Shown here one piece after another: positions 9,467-20,065 of a stretch of 64,000 nt of DNA. The notes under the pieces are model-generated. The model saw only the letters and a list, made by a program, of their open reading frames with translations, was not told the DNA's origin and made no database searches. Position 1 is the first letter of the stretch, and the number at the start of each line of letters is the position of its first letter. The stretch is from positions 2,371-66,370 of the forward strand of contig CANFIN010000001.1 in NCBI GenBank assembly GCA_947447155.1. Direction: 5' to 3'. This DNA is from Bacteroidota bacterium (lineage in GTDB: Bacteria > Bacteroidota > Bacteroidia > AKYH767-A > OLB10). Made by a program: the position numbers and the translations under genes.

Positions 9467-11305
9467 CTAAACTAGTTCTTCTATTTTTACTAAAATTTCT
9501 GATGTTGCAAATGGCATCCCTTTAATTTTATTTAACCCAATTGCAGGAACCAAAAACTTATCTCTGATAATTGATTTTAATTGTCCCGTATTCATCTCAG
9601 GAATTAAAACTTTCTCGTAATTCTTTAATAAATCACCTAGGTTTTTTGGGAAAGGAACGATATGTCTGATATGCGCATGGCTAACATCAATTCCTTTAGC
9701 TCTTGCTTCTATAACTGCACCTTTAATCGCACCATATGTTGAACCCCATCCTAAAACTAAAATTTTACCTTTCTCTGTTCCATTGTCGATTGTTTGATCA
9801 GGTATTGAATCTGCAACTTTCTCTACTTTAGCAGCTCTCATTTTTACCATGAATTCATGATTTTCTGGATCGTAACTGATATTACCAGTTTCGTGTTGCT
9901 TTTCTAATCCTCCAATTCTATGTTCTAACCCTTTTGTTCCAGGTATAGCCCATGGTCTCGAAAGATTTTCATTTCGTTTATAAGGTAAAAACTTCTCACC
10001 GTTTAACTCAGTTGTAAATTCAACTTTGATAGGCTTTAGTTGATCTGCATTTGGAAATCTCCAAGGCTCTGATCCATTTGCAATGTATCCATCGCTTAGG
10101 AAAATTACGGGAGTCATATATTCTAAAGCAATTCTGCATGCTTCATAAACTGTTTCAAAACAATCAGCAGCAGATTTTGCAGCAATCACAGGAATTGGTG
10201 CTTCTCCATTTCGTCCATAAACAGCCTGAAACAAATCGCTTTGCTCTGTTTTGGTAGGTAAGCCAGTAGACGGACCTCCACGCTGAACATTGATAATTAA
10301 AAGCGGTAATTCAAGCATTAAAGCAAGGCCCATTGCTTCTGTCTTTAAGGCAATACCTGGTCCTGATGATGTTGTAATTCCCAATTTTCCTCCAAACGAA
10401 GCCCCTATAGCAGAACAAATAGCTGCTATTTCATCCTCTGCCTGAAATGTTTTAACTCCGAAATTTTTGTGTCGTGCTAACTCGTGCAATATGTCCGAAG
10501 CAGGTGTGATAGGGTAACTCCCTAAAAATAAATCAAGACCACTTTTTTTAGAAGCTGCAATCAAACCAATCGCCGTTGCCTGATTACCCATAATATTTCT
10601 ATAAGTTCCCGCAGGCATAGGTGCCGGGTTGATAGTAAATCGGGTAGGGGCAGTTTCACTGGTCTCACCAAAGTTGTATCCCGCGTGAAGTACTTTTAAG
10701 TTAGCAGCAAGAATCTCAGGTTTCTTTGAGAATTTATCTTCTAAAAACTTAATTGTAAAAGACATTTCGCGGTTGTACATCCAATATAAAAAACCAAGAA
10801 CAAACATATTCTTTGCACGATCAATTTCTTTTGTGCCTAAGCCCGAATCTGAAAGTGCAGCCTTCGTCATTTTAGTAACATCTATACTTACTACGCGGTA
10901 ACCATCTAGTGATCCATCTGTCAAAGGACTTACATTATCGGTGTAATTTGCTAATCTTAGATTTTTAGGATCAAATCCATCAGTGTTCACAATGATAGTT
11001 CCGCCCTTTTTTAAATTTCTTAGGTTAGCCTTTAATGCAGCTGCATTCATTGCTACAAGCACATCGCAAAAATCTCCTGGCGAGAAGATGTTTACACTGC
11101 CAAAGTGCAATTGAAAACCAGATACACCCGGAATTGTTCCCTGAGGGGCTCTGATTTCAGCAGGGAAATCTGGAAATGTACTGAGGTCATTCCCAAACAT
11201 GGCTGCTGTATTCGTAAACTGTGTTCCCGTCAGCTGCATTCCGTCGCCAGAATCACCTGCAAATTTTATTATTACTCTCTCAAGAACTTGATTGTTTGAT
11301 GTCAT
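9467..11305 (-). CDS. korA: 2-oxoglutarate:ferredoxin oxidoreductase, alpha subunit
   Basis: 612-aa fused gamma/alpha-type subunit ([16 protein letters not shown]) paired with korB. Confidence 0.85.
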   Translation of the reverse strand: MTSNNQVLERVIIKFAGDSGDGMQLTGTQFTNTAAMFGNDLSTFPDFPAEIRAPQGTIPGVSGFQLHFGSVNIFSPGDFCDVLVAMNAAALKANLRNLKKGGTIIVNTDGFDPKNLRLANYTDNVSPLTDGSLDGYRVVSIDVTKMTKAALSDSGLGTKEIDRAKNMFVLGFLYWMYNREMSFTIKFLEDKFSKKPEILAANLKVLHAGYNFGETSETAPTRFTINPAPMPAGTYRNIMGNQATAIGLIAASKKSGLDLFLGSYPITPASDILHELARHKNFGVKTFQAEDEIAAICSAIGASFGGKLGITTSSGPGIALKTEAMGLALMLELPLLIINVQRGGPSTGLPTKTEQSDLFQAVYGRNGEAPIPVIAAKSAADCFETVYEACRIALEYMTPVIFLSDGYIANGSEPWRFPNADQLKPIKVEFTTELNGEKFLPYKRNENLSRPWAIPGTKGLEHRIGGLEKQHETGNISYDPENHEFMVKMRAAKVEKVADSIPDQTIDNGTEKGKILVLGWGSTYGAIKGAVIEARAKGIDVSHAHIRHIVPFPKNLGDLLKNYEKVLIPEMNTGQLKSIIRDKFLVPAIGLNKIKGMPFATSEILVKIEELV

Positions 11306-11336
11306 GATTTTAAGCTTCGTACTTTAAAAGTCGTGG

Positions 11337-11344
11337 CAAATTTA
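11337..11344 (-). promoter_or_regulatory. Candidate Bacteroidetes -7 promoter box (TAAATTTG) for korAB
   Basis: Minus-strand TAAATTTG matches the TAnnTTTG consensus. It lies 31 nt upstream of the korA ATG and just downstream of the preceding terminator. Confidence 0.35.
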
Positions 11345-11380
11345 ACTATAATTTACTCCTTAACCTTAAAAGATAAACAT

Positions 11381-11412
11381 AAAAAAGCCCCGATTGTTAA
11401 ACACATCGGGGC
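11381..11412 (-). terminator. Rho-independent terminator of the DUF4476-like gene
   Basis: Perfect 8-bp stem gccccgat/atcggggc (11387-11394 / 11405-11412) with a 10-nt loop, followed on the minus strand by TTTTTT. Confidence 0.7.
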
Positions 11413-11432
11413 TAAAACATGAAAAGTGGGGA

Positions 11433-12170
11433 TTATGATTGGCGGTTAATCCAATTGATTAACTCGTTGACGCTACTGTCGAATGTAAATACATTGTAAA
11501 CTGTATAGAAATAACCAGGATCATTTACATATCGATAACTATATTTCGCAAGATTAATTCGGTTAATTTCAAAGGTGATGAACCCTAAAAGCTCTCGGAG
11601 TTCTTCACTACTAATTGGGTTTGTTCTGATGTATTCCTTACAGATGGCAATTCTTGTGTCGTCAAAACTTTCACGACCTACTAAATCCTTTAATTCCTCA
11701 AATCGGTTATCGTGATAGTTGTTATTCGCATAATTATTGCCGTAATAGTTTCCGCAGTAGCCATAACTAATTGGCACTATCGTATTATTACACTCTTGAT
11801 GGTAATTACCCTGCAAAGGATTAATGTCGGTTATTTTTAAAATGTTTTGATAAGTAAGTACTGCTTTTACTTTAGATCTAGCGGGAATGGTAATAAATCC
11901 ATTATAAACTAGTCTAAAATTTCCAGATCCTTGTCCGCAGTTATTATGATACTGTCCACCAACGGTCCATATTTTAATTTTATGGTCACCTGGCGCTAAA
12001 TCACTAATGATAATTTCTCTTGAAGGGATGTTGTAATTGATCCGGTCGATTTCTACTATGATTGACCTGTCGTTAAAAGTCCGGATGTTAAGTTTAGATC
12101 TGAATCCGTCTGCTTTAGCACTAACGTTTAGAATAACTAAAGCAATAAAAGTGTAAAGTGAATTTTTCAT
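11433..12170 (-). CDS. Secreted DUF4476-like protein
   Basis: Signal peptide (VILNVSAKA). The C-terminal ~90 aa (FEELKDLV..FDDTRI..ISSEELRELLGFITFEINRINLAKYSY..FTFDSSVNEL) fit my memory of the DUF4476 repeat pattern. Confidence 0.6.
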   Translation of the reverse strand: MKNSLYTFIALVILNVSAKADGFRSKLNIRTFNDRSIIVEIDRINYNIPSREIIISDLAPGDHKIKIWTVGGQYHNNCGQGSGNFRLVYNGFITIPARSKVKAVLTYQNILKITDINPLQGNYHQECNNTIVPISYGYCGNYYGNNYANNNYHDNRFEELKDLVGRESFDDTRIAICKEYIRTNPISSEELRELLGFITFEINRINLAKYSYRYVNDPGYFYTVYNVFTFDSSVNELINWINRQS

Positions 12171-12267
12171 AATTGGTTCCTCCTATATTTTTTAAACTTA
12201 ATTTAGAAAAGCCAATCATCATGCCAAAAAAAAATAGATATTTGAAATAACAATTTTATCGCTAAGT

Positions 12268-12639
12268 ATGCAGCAATTCTTTATTGTAGGAATAGGAAGT
12301 TTTTTAGGAGGAGGACTTCGATATTTAATCTCCATTTTTTTTAATCAAAAAGTGAATGGTGATTTTCCCTACGCAACATTATCAGTAAATCTTCTAGGTT
12401 GCTTGTTAATAGGATTATTCTATGGTCTCTTCGAAAAAAGTTTAATTAATAACGATTGGAAATTATTTCTTACTACAGGATTGTGTGGAGGATTTACAAC
12501 CTTCTCTTCATTCTCAAATGAGTCATTGGAATTATTTAAGCAAGGTAATATAATGTCAATGTTGATTTATATTTTAATCAGTATTATCATTGGTATTACT
12601 TTAACTTATGCAGGATATTTAATGGCGAAAAGCAGTTAA
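12268..12639 (+). CDS. crcB: Fluoride ion channel CrcB/FluC
   Basis: 123 aa with four hydrophobic helices and the GGFTTFSSF signature. Confidence 0.9.
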   Translation: MQQFFIVGIGSFLGGGLRYLISIFFNQKVNGDFPYATLSVNLLGCLLIGLFYGLFEKSLINNDWKLFLTTGLCGGFTTFSSFSNESLELFKQGNIMSMLIYILISIIIGITLTYAGYLMAKSS

Positions 12640-12643
12640 GAAA

Positions 12644-13108
12644 TTATTTTTTCTTAGCCTTTTTTTGCGCTTTATTTTTTTCAGACTTTACCTTTTCTTT
12701 TAAGTCATCAGCTTTTGAAAGGTTTTTCCAATAGTCTTTTCCATAATCAACAAATACTTCATCATCTGCTTTGATAGTGCGAGTTGCAACAATAAAAACT
12801 CTTTTCTCGCCTTGTCTTGTCTTGATTTCGTATTGGGCATTGTTTTTTAATCCATCAACTCTTCCAATTCCTTTCGCGTCATTAGCATATCTACCTATTG
12901 CTTCTTTTGTAAAATAAGCATCAATGCAACGATTTTTAGTTATAAAAAATGCATACCCTTCATGTCCTTCTTCTGCTCTCTTTTCACATACCGACCAAGG
13001 AACAATTTCCCCCTCGTATTCACATACAATCTCGCCTCTTTTAACTTCGTTTTTTACAAATAGGCCTTTGCCAGCACCGGGAATTAAACTCTTTTTTAGA
13101 TATAACAT
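12644..13108 (-). CDS. Minimal SET-domain protein (putative protein-lysine methyltransferase) with a Lys-rich C-terminal tail
   Basis: GAGKGLFV N-SET motif, RYANDA in the NHS-motif position, VFVDYGKDYW C-SET motif, then KEKVKSEKNKAQKKAKKK. Confidence 0.65.
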   Translation of the reverse strand: MLYLKKSLIPGAGKGLFVKNEVKRGEIVCEYEGEIVPWSVCEKRAEEGHEGYAFFITKNRCIDAYFTKEAIGRYANDAKGIGRVDGLKNNAQYEIKTRQGEKRVFIVATRTIKADDEVFVDYGKDYWKNLSKADDLKEKVKSEKNKAQKKAKKK

Positions 13109-13193
13109 TGTATGTTTTGATAATGGATTTGGAGGTGCAAAGATATAATTCTTAAACTAATAATTTAAGGTGATAGCAAATATTAAATCGATG

Positions 13194-16100
13194 CTACGAC
13201 AAGATTTTTTTTAGCAGCGTATTAGCATCAGAAATCGTTTTTATATTAGTGAAACTGACACTAAGCTTTCCTTTGTCTTCTTTCATCTTTGAAATATGCT
13301 GATGTTGCTGTACAAATTTTAAGATGGTATTAAATGCATTGCTTTGATAATAATCAGAAGTGGAGTTGCTGATAAAATACCCTTTAAATAATTTATTCTT
13401 TAGTAATATTTTTTCAAATCCGATTTTTTTAGCATTCCATCTCAAACGAATCGTATCCATTAAGTCAATAACCTGAGACGGCACATCCCCAAATCTGTCT
13501 TTAAGGTTTCTTTCAAACTCCAGTAGTTTCTCTTCATTATTTATTTCATCAAGTTCTTTATACAAACTTAAACGCTCAGCAATATTCTCTACATAAGTTT
13601 CTGGAATTCTCATTTCCATATCCGTATCAATCTGACAATCCTGAACAAAGTCTGCATTTTCATCTTTTGGAAAAACATCTTTGAAATCAGAGTCTTTTAA
13701 TTCTTGAATAGCTTCATCAAGGATTTTATGATACATCTCAAAACCAATTTCAGAAATGAATCCACTTTGTTCGCCGCCTAATAAATTACCAGCACCACGA
13801 ATATCTAAATCTTTCATAGCAACCTGAAAACCACTTCCAAGATCGGAATGCTCTTCAATGGCTTTTAATCGCTGACGAGCTTCAGGTGTAAGCACTGTAA
13901 CAGGAGGCGCAAGTAAATAACAAAATGCCTTTTTATTTGAACGTCCAACTCTGCCTCGCATCTGATGTAAGTCACTCAAACCAAAATAGTGCGCGTTGTT
14001 AATGATCATCGTATTTGCATTACTGATATCTAAACCAGATTCAATGATGGTAGTGGCTAATAAAACGTCTGTTTCTCCCTCTATAAAATTCATTAGAATT
14101 TCTTCCAGTTTATCTCCATCCATCTGTCCATGGCCAACACCAATTTTAACACCCGGACAAAGTTTCGCAATCATTGCAGCCATATCATGTATGTCCTGAA
14201 CTCTGTTATGAATGAAAAACACCTGGCCACCACGAGAAATTTCATAATTGATAGCATCTCGTATTAATTGATCGTTGAAAGTATGTACTTCAGTTGTTAC
14301 AGGATAACGGTTAGGTGGAGGAGTGTTTATGATGGATAGATCACGAGCTCCCATTAAAGAGAACTGAAGCGTTCTTGGAATAGGCGTAGCCGTTAGTGTT
14401 AATGTATCAACATTTAATTTAATTGATTTTAATTTTTCTTTTGATGACACACCGAACTTTTGTTCTTCATCTATAATCATCAAGCCTAAATCTTTAAACT
14501 TTATATCCTTGCTCAATATACGATGCGTACCAATGATGATATCGATTTTCCCTTCACTTAATCGTTTCAGTGTTTCTGTTTGCTGCGCACTTGTTTTAAA
14601 TCGGTTGATGTAATCAATGTTAACAGGAAAGCTCTTTAATCGTTCTTTAAATGTACGGTAGTGTTGTAAAGCCAAAATAGTTGTAGGGACTAATACAGCT
14701 ACCTGTTTACCATCCGTTGCTGCTTTAAATGCGGCTCTTATAGCAATTTCTGTTTTGCCAAATCCAACATCTCCACAAATTAAACGATCCATCGGATAGT
14801 CTTTCTCCATATCCTTTTTTACATCTACCGTTGATTTAATCTGATCTGGAGTATCCTCGTAAATAAAGGATGCCTCTAATTCATTTTGAAGATATCCATC
14901 TCGCGTAAATGCAAATCCTTTTTGCGCTTTTCGTTTTGCATAAAGTGCAATCAGGTCTTTGGCAATATCTTTTACTTTCTTTTTTGTTTTTGATTTTAAT
15001 GTTGCCCACGCTGTAGATCCTAATTTATTTAATGTAGGAGCATTGCCATCTTTACTGCTATATCTTGCAATACGATGTAAACTATGAATACTGATGTATA
15101 AAATATCATTATCCTTATAAACTAAACGAATCGCTTCTTGCGGCTTTCCATTTACATCCATTGTTTCTAAGCCTGCAAATCTTCCAACACCATGATCAAT
15201 ATGTGTAATAAAATCTCCTGGCTTTAGTGAGTAAAGGTCTTTTAGAGTTATCGATTCACTTTTGCTATAATTCTTTTTTAAACGGAAACGATGGTAACGA
15301 TCAAAAATCTGATGGTCAGTATAAAAATTAATTTTCAACTCATCATCAATAAATCCTTGATGAAGCGATGTTAGCAATGTGTGAAATTTTAATTCCTTTC
15401 CTTTAAATTCATCTGGTCTAGGTATGTCCTCAAAAATGGAATGGATTCGTTCCGCTTGCTTCGCTTGATCAGAGAAAAGCAAATTAGTAAATCCTTTTTT
15501 TTGACTCTTATATAAGTCTTCTAGTAATAAATTAAAATTCTTATTGAAATGTGGTTGAGGCTTTGTTTTAAATTCAATAATAGGAATATCATTGTTATAA
15601 GGCTTATTACCAAATTCAATGATAGTTCTTGCTTGTAAATTTTCTTTGAAGAGGTCAATTGAGTCAAAGATGTCATCAATATTCCGCTCTACTTGTTCTT
15701 CTTCATAAAAGATATTACTCCCGTAATTTTGCTCTGTTACCTCTTGCGATGCTTCAATACATTGATAAACATATTCTAAATCTTTGATAAAAAACAAGGT
15801 GTTATTTGCAATGAATTTAAAAAATGTTTCTTGTTCTTCTTTAACAATTCCAGTTTGTATATTAGGAATGATAGTTACAAATCCAATGTTTTTCTCACTT
15901 AACTGCGTTGAAGGATCGAAACATCTGATGGATTCAATTTTATCATTATAAAATTCGATTCTGTAGGGTAGTTCATGCGCAAAAGAGTAGATGTCTACAA
16001 TTCCACCCCTGATTGAAAATTGTCCTGGCTCATAAACAAAATCAGTTCTTTCAAATTTATTTTCTATTAAAAACTCTTGAATAAATTCTGTCGAAAGTCG

Positions 16101-16547
16101 CTCGTTTAATTTTATTTCTAAAGTATTTCGTTCGAGTGATTTTTTAGTAATTACTTTTTCTTGAATAGCTTCAGGATAACTGACTATAATCAGATTGTCT
16201 GATTTGTTGATGCGCGTTAGTACTTCAGCTCTTTGAAGTACAAGGGCACTATCCAGTTGGTCGATTTTATAAGGCTTTCTATAAGAAGAAGGGAATAATA
16301 AAACTCTGTTTTCACCAAGTAAATTCTCTAAATCATTTTGAAAGTAGGCAGCTTCTTCACGGTCGCCTAATAAAACTAAAATTGGTCCAGTAAATTGATT
16401 AAAATATCCCGCTATAAATAAAGCACTTGCAGACCCTGTTAAACCAGTTAGATAAACCGCTTTTTTTTGTTGATTAAAAAGCATTGAGTAGAGTTCAGAA
16501 GTTTGTCTTCCGTTCTTGTAAAATTCAATGACTTGATTTAGTTCCAC
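13194..16547 (-). CDS. mfd: Transcription-repair coupling factor
   Basis: 1117 aa. Superfamily-2 helicase motifs (GDVGFGKTE, DEEQKFGV, TATPIPRTL, QLHQMRGRVGR) plus a CarD-like and a TRG region. Confidence 0.95.
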   Translation of the reverse strand: MELNQVIEFYKNGRQTSELYSMLFNQQKKAVYLTGLTGSASALFIAGYFNQFTGPILVLLGDREEAAYFQNDLENLLGENRVLLFPSSYRKPYKIDQLDSALVLQRAEVLTRINKSDNLIIVSYPEAIQEKVITKKSLERNTLEIKLNERLSTEFIQEFLIENKFERTDFVYEPGQFSIRGGIVDIYSFAHELPYRIEFYNDKIESIRCFDPSTQLSEKNIGFVTIIPNIQTGIVKEEQETFFKFIANNTLFFIKDLEYVYQCIEASQEVTEQNYGSNIFYEEEQVERNIDDIFDSIDLFKENLQARTIIEFGNKPYNNDIPIIEFKTKPQPHFNKNFNLLLEDLYKSQKKGFTNLLFSDQAKQAERIHSIFEDIPRPDEFKGKELKFHTLLTSLHQGFIDDELKINFYTDHQIFDRYHRFRLKKNYSKSESITLKDLYSLKPGDFITHIDHGVGRFAGLETMDVNGKPQEAIRLVYKDNDILYISIHSLHRIARYSSKDGNAPTLNKLGSTAWATLKSKTKKKVKDIAKDLIALYAKRKAQKGFAFTRDGYLQNELEASFIYEDTPDQIKSTVDVKKDMEKDYPMDRLICGDVGFGKTEIAIRAAFKAATDGKQVAVLVPTTILALQHYRTFKERLKSFPVNIDYINRFKTSAQQTETLKRLSEGKIDIIIGTHRILSKDIKFKDLGLMIIDEEQKFGVSSKEKLKSIKLNVDTLTLTATPIPRTLQFSLMGARDLSIINTPPPNRYPVTTEVHTFNDQLIRDAINYEISRGGQVFFIHNRVQDIHDMAAMIAKLCPGVKIGVGHGQMDGDKLEEILMNFIEGETDVLLATTIIESGLDISNANTMIINNAHYFGLSDLHQMRGRVGRSNKKAFCYLLAPPVTVLTPEARQRLKAIEEHSDLGSGFQVAMKDLDIRGAGNLLGGEQSGFISEIGFEMYHKILDEAIQELKDSDFKDVFPKDENADFVQDCQIDTDMEMRIPETYVENIAERLSLYKELDEINNEEKLLEFERNLKDRFGDVPSQVIDLMDTIRLRWNAKKIGFEKILLKNKLFKGYFISNSTSDYYQSNAFNTILKFVQQHQHISKMKEDKGKLSVSFTNIKTISDANTLLKKILS

Positions 16548-16589
16548 GATTAATTTGCGAATGCAAAATTAGTAAAAACAATCCGTTGT

Positions 16590-17477
16590 TTAATCGTAAG
16601 CGTCACAGTTGTTCTTTTTCTTTTTCCTGCCCTTTGATTTTCTATTGTTACCTTTCATTCCTTGCTGATTTCCATTAACAATTCTATAAACTATGCTAAA
16701 ACCAGCTGTAACATAAGTATCGTTATTTTTTTGGTTACCTCTTCCAACTCCATCCGTTGGGTATCCTTTTTGAAAATTATTTGCTAGTTCAACAGCCAAT
16801 TGTCCATTAGGCGTTTGTGAAAGTCTAGTTGAATCGGCAAATACAGTACTAATGTCATCTAAATAATCAAAGAATGTCCAATGATTAATAAGTTCAAATC
16901 GCAAAGCAAAGGCATTGCTTAACCTCGCTTCAACGCCTATACCTGCAGGCGCGGAAACTTGATATAATTTATATGGCTTTGGATATTGACCTCCTTCTAT
17001 AAATTGCCCCTCAGTGCCTAAAGGTTGTAATTCAATTTCGTTTCCATCGTTAATAGCAATCGGGTTATGATGTAAAGCTCCGATTCCAATAATAATGAAT
17101 GGAGTTAATCGTTGCTTCCGCCTAGTAAATGATTTTTTGAAAATTTGGTATTCATATCTCAGTGAAACGTCATCAATATCAGACTGAAAATGCAAATTTC
17201 TTTTCCGATTGTAAGAGTGAATTGCTAATGAATCAGCACCTTCGATAAATGCACTATTATAGTTAAAAGATATGCTACTTCTATTGCTTAACTTATAAAT
17301 CAATCCTGCATTCCAGTAATGACCAAACAACTCCTTGCTTGTTAAAAGCCTGTCGTTTAAATCACCATAATACCAGGTCGTTCCATAACCTGCGTAAATA
17401 CCTAATCTCGATTGAGATAATAATGCTTGATTTGTACAAATTATACAAATCAAGACAAGAAAAATTCTTTTCCTCAC
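16590..17477 (-). CDS. DUF6089-like outer-membrane beta-barrel protein
   Basis: Signal peptide and beta-strand pattern. It shares the ELQPLGTEGQ loop and F.DYLDD motif with the two ORFs at 39021-40823. It has an unusual Lys-rich tail (NNRKSKGRKKKKNN). Confidence 0.6.
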   Translation of the reverse strand: MRKRIFLVLICIICTNQALLSQSRLGIYAGYGTTWYYGDLNDRLLTSKELFGHYWNAGLIYKLSNRSSISFNYNSAFIEGADSLAIHSYNRKRNLHFQSDIDDVSLRYEYQIFKKSFTRRKQRLTPFIIIGIGALHHNPIAINDGNEIELQPLGTEGQFIEGGQYPKPYKLYQVSAPAGIGVEARLSNAFALRFELINHWTFFDYLDDISTVFADSTRLSQTPNGQLAVELANNFQKGYPTDGVGRGNQKNNDTYVTAGFSIVYRIVNGNQQGMKGNNRKSKGRKKKKNNCDAYD

Positions 17478-17479
17478 TT

Positions 17480-18997
17480 TTAATTTATCAAAATTTCACC
17501 ATTCATTTCACTGGGAATCTCTATTCCCATTAAATGCAGAATCGTAGGTGCAATATCAGCTAATCTCCCATTTAAAACTTGTTTACTCATATCTCCGACA
17601 TAAATAATCGGAACGGGATTTAAAGTATGTGCTGTATTTGGACTACCATCGTCATTTAACATTTTATCAGCATTTCCGTGATCAGCAATAATAATAAAAT
17701 CATATTGATGCTTTATACCCAAATTGATAATTTCATTCAAGCAGTTATCAACTTTTTCAACGGCTTTGATGGCCGCACTTATTACACCTGTATGACCTAC
17801 CATATCGGCATTGGCAAAATTCAAGCATATAAATTCAGCACTTTCTTTTTTTATCTCCTCCAATACAAGATTTTTAACTTCTTCTGCACTCATTTCAGGC
17901 TGTAAATCATAAGTAGCAACTTTTGGAGATGCTGCCATTAACCTTATCTCATTTTTAAAAGGAATCTCCCTTCCGCCAGAAAAGAAAAATGTAACATGAG
18001 GATATTTCTCGGTCTCAGCTGCACGAATTTGTCGCTTTCCCGCCTTTTCAAGTACTTCGCCTAATGTGTTGATTAAATTGTCTTTTTCAAAAACAACATT
18101 AATATTTTTATAGCTATCATCATACCTAGTCATAGTGAAATAATGAAGCGGAATTGTATTCATTTCATATGAAGGTATGCTTTCCTGCGTAAGCACTTGC
18201 GTTATTTCACGACATCTATCAGTTCTGAAATTAAAACATAAAACAATATCATTTTCCTTTATAGTTATTGTAGGTTCTCCATTGCTGTTAGTAACGATTA
18301 TTGGTTTTATAAACTCATCTGATACTTCGTTTTCGTACGATTCATTGATGCCATCTTCCCAATTAGTATAATGATCGCCAATTCCATAAACTAATGCATC
18401 ATATGCTATTTTAATTCGCTCCCATCGTTTATCTCTATCCATGGCGTAATACCTTCCGGTTATACTCGCTATTTTTCCTGTTGTGCTTTTTAAATGGCTA
18501 TCTAAGTCTTTTAAATATTTTATACCATTCTTGGGATTAGTGTCCCGCCCATCCGTAAATGCATGAATAAAAACATTTTCAACTTTATACTTATGTAGAA
18601 TTGATATCAGATATTTTAAATGCTCAATATGAGAGTGAACGCCACCATCTGAAACTAATCCAATTAAATGAACATTGCATTTCTTGTCATTGGCTAATTG
18701 AATTAAATTAACCAGCACAGGGTTTAGTTCTAGTGTGTTTTCTCGGATAGATTTATTGATAATTGCAAGGTCTTGCCAAACGACTCTGCCAGCTCCAATA
18801 TTTAAATGCCCAACTTCTGAATTACCCATTTGCCCATCAGGTAAACCAACATCTTCACCGCTTGTAATTAATGAAGCTGATGGATAATTGCTAATCAGAC
18901 TTCTGAAAAATGGAATATTTGCTTTTGATATTGCATTGCCTTCCGATTCTGGAGCAATGCCCCAACCATCTAATATAATTAAACCTATTTTACGCAT
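17480..18997 (-). CDS. gpmI: 2,3-bisphosphoglycerate-independent phosphoglycerate mutase
   Basis: 505 aa with MGNSEVGHLNIGAGR, the catalytic Ser region and ADHGNA. Confidence 0.95.
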   Translation of the reverse strand: MRKIGLIILDGWGIAPESEGNAISKANIPFFRSLISNYPSASLITSGEDVGLPDGQMGNSEVGHLNIGAGRVVWQDLAIINKSIRENTLELNPVLVNLIQLANDKKCNVHLIGLVSDGGVHSHIEHLKYLISILHKYKVENVFIHAFTDGRDTNPKNGIKYLKDLDSHLKSTTGKIASITGRYYAMDRDKRWERIKIAYDALVYGIGDHYTNWEDGINESYENEVSDEFIKPIIVTNSNGEPTITIKENDIVLCFNFRTDRCREITQVLTQESIPSYEMNTIPLHYFTMTRYDDSYKNINVVFEKDNLINTLGEVLEKAGKRQIRAAETEKYPHVTFFFSGGREIPFKNEIRLMAASPKVATYDLQPEMSAEEVKNLVLEEIKKESAEFICLNFANADMVGHTGVISAAIKAVEKVDNCLNEIINLGIKHQYDFIIIADHGNADKMLNDDGSPNTAHTLNPVPIIYVGDMSKQVLNGRLADIAPTILHLMGIEIPSEMNGEILIN

Positions 18998-19047
18998 TTT
19001 TTAAATATACTACAAAGGTAGATATAAAAGCAAGATGATTTTATGAT

Positions 19048-20028
19048 TTAACAGGGTAGCTTAATTGTGAAAATAGTTCCATTTGGAATATTTGATTTGA
19101 TTTCAATATTTCCTTTATGCATCAAAACTACTTTTTTAACAATGTATAGTCCAAGTCCAGTTCCCTTTGTTCTTCTTGTTTCTTCATTTCCTATTCGATA
19201 AAATTTATCAAAAACTTTATCTCGTTCTTTTATGTCTATTCCACAGCCAAAATCTTTAACTGTTAGCTCTATATTATTCTGATTTTTTTTAAGCGTTAAA
19301 ATTATTTCCGCAGGCTTTTCGCTGTATTTTTCCGCATTCTCAAGCAAGTTATAAATCAATGAAGTAATAGCAAGTTTGTCGCCTTTGTAAAAAATGTTAT
19401 TATCTCTTTCAAGAATTATTTCTGAACCGTTGAATATACCCTTTTGATAGTTTGATATGAGCTCGGTTAAATAATCACTAAAATTAAAATCCTCAAAATG
19501 ATATTCTGCATTTTGAGATTCTAATCGGCTAGCGAAGAGTGCATTTTCTATTAATAAATTTATTCTGTCTGTCTCGTTTAATGCTCTGGAAATAATTTCT
19601 TTTTTTTGATTTTCTTCTAAATTTCTTTTCTCTATTGTTTGTAAACTAAGCTTTATTGCAGCTAATGGAGATTTAAATTCATGCGTTATTGATAATAAAA
19701 AGTTTTTCTGTTGTCTAGCCAAATCAAATTCTTGATTAAAGGCTCTTTTAGTTCTATAAATTCCAAAAATCAAAAGTGAAAGAAAGACTACACCTTCACC
19801 TGCAACCATTGACCATCTCTTTTTAAGAAGGTTGTTGTATTGTAATTCGTAATATTGAAATTCTTGTTTAGTAATTGAAGTCTTTTGAGCAAATTCTATT
19901 TTTTGATGATATAACTCCTTATTCAAATTAATAAGTAAATAAGACCACCATGAAAATTGCAGTAAAACATAAAATACTAAAGAGTAAAATAAAAGTAAAG
20001 TTCTTGAAGTTGTTATTTGCCCTGACAT
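19048..20028 (-). CDS. Sensor histidine kinase (two TM helices, HisKA, HATPase_c), no adjacent partner
   Basis: H-box SITHEFKSPLAAI, N-box LLENAEKYS, G-boxes DFGCGI and GTGLGLYIV. Two N-terminal hydrophobic helices. Confidence 0.85.
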   Translation of the reverse strand: MSGQITTSRTLLLFYSLVFYVLLQFSWWSYLLINLNKELYHQKIEFAQKTSITKQEFQYYELQYNNLLKKRWSMVAGEGVVFLSLLIFGIYRTKRAFNQEFDLARQQKNFLLSITHEFKSPLAAIKLSLQTIEKRNLEENQKKEIISRALNETDRINLLIENALFASRLESQNAEYHFEDFNFSDYLTELISNYQKGIFNGSEIILERDNNIFYKGDKLAITSLIYNLLENAEKYSEKPAEIILTLKKNQNNIELTVKDFGCGIDIKERDKVFDKFYRIGNEETRRTKGTGLGLYIVKKVVLMHKGNIEIKSNIPNGTIFTIKLPC

Positions 20029-20065
20029 AAAGGCAAATTTAATCCGATTGAATTAAAATAAAAGC

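Noticed and set aside
12171-12267. Looked for a fluoride (crcB-motif) riboswitch upstream of crcB. The string gccaatcatcatgcc superficially recalls the GAUGAUGCC part of the motif.
   Set aside because: The 97-nt spacer lacks the conserved GGCGAUGG...CCAAAC...pseudoknot elements in the correct orientation and order. I cannot build the two-stem fold, so I make no riboswitch call.
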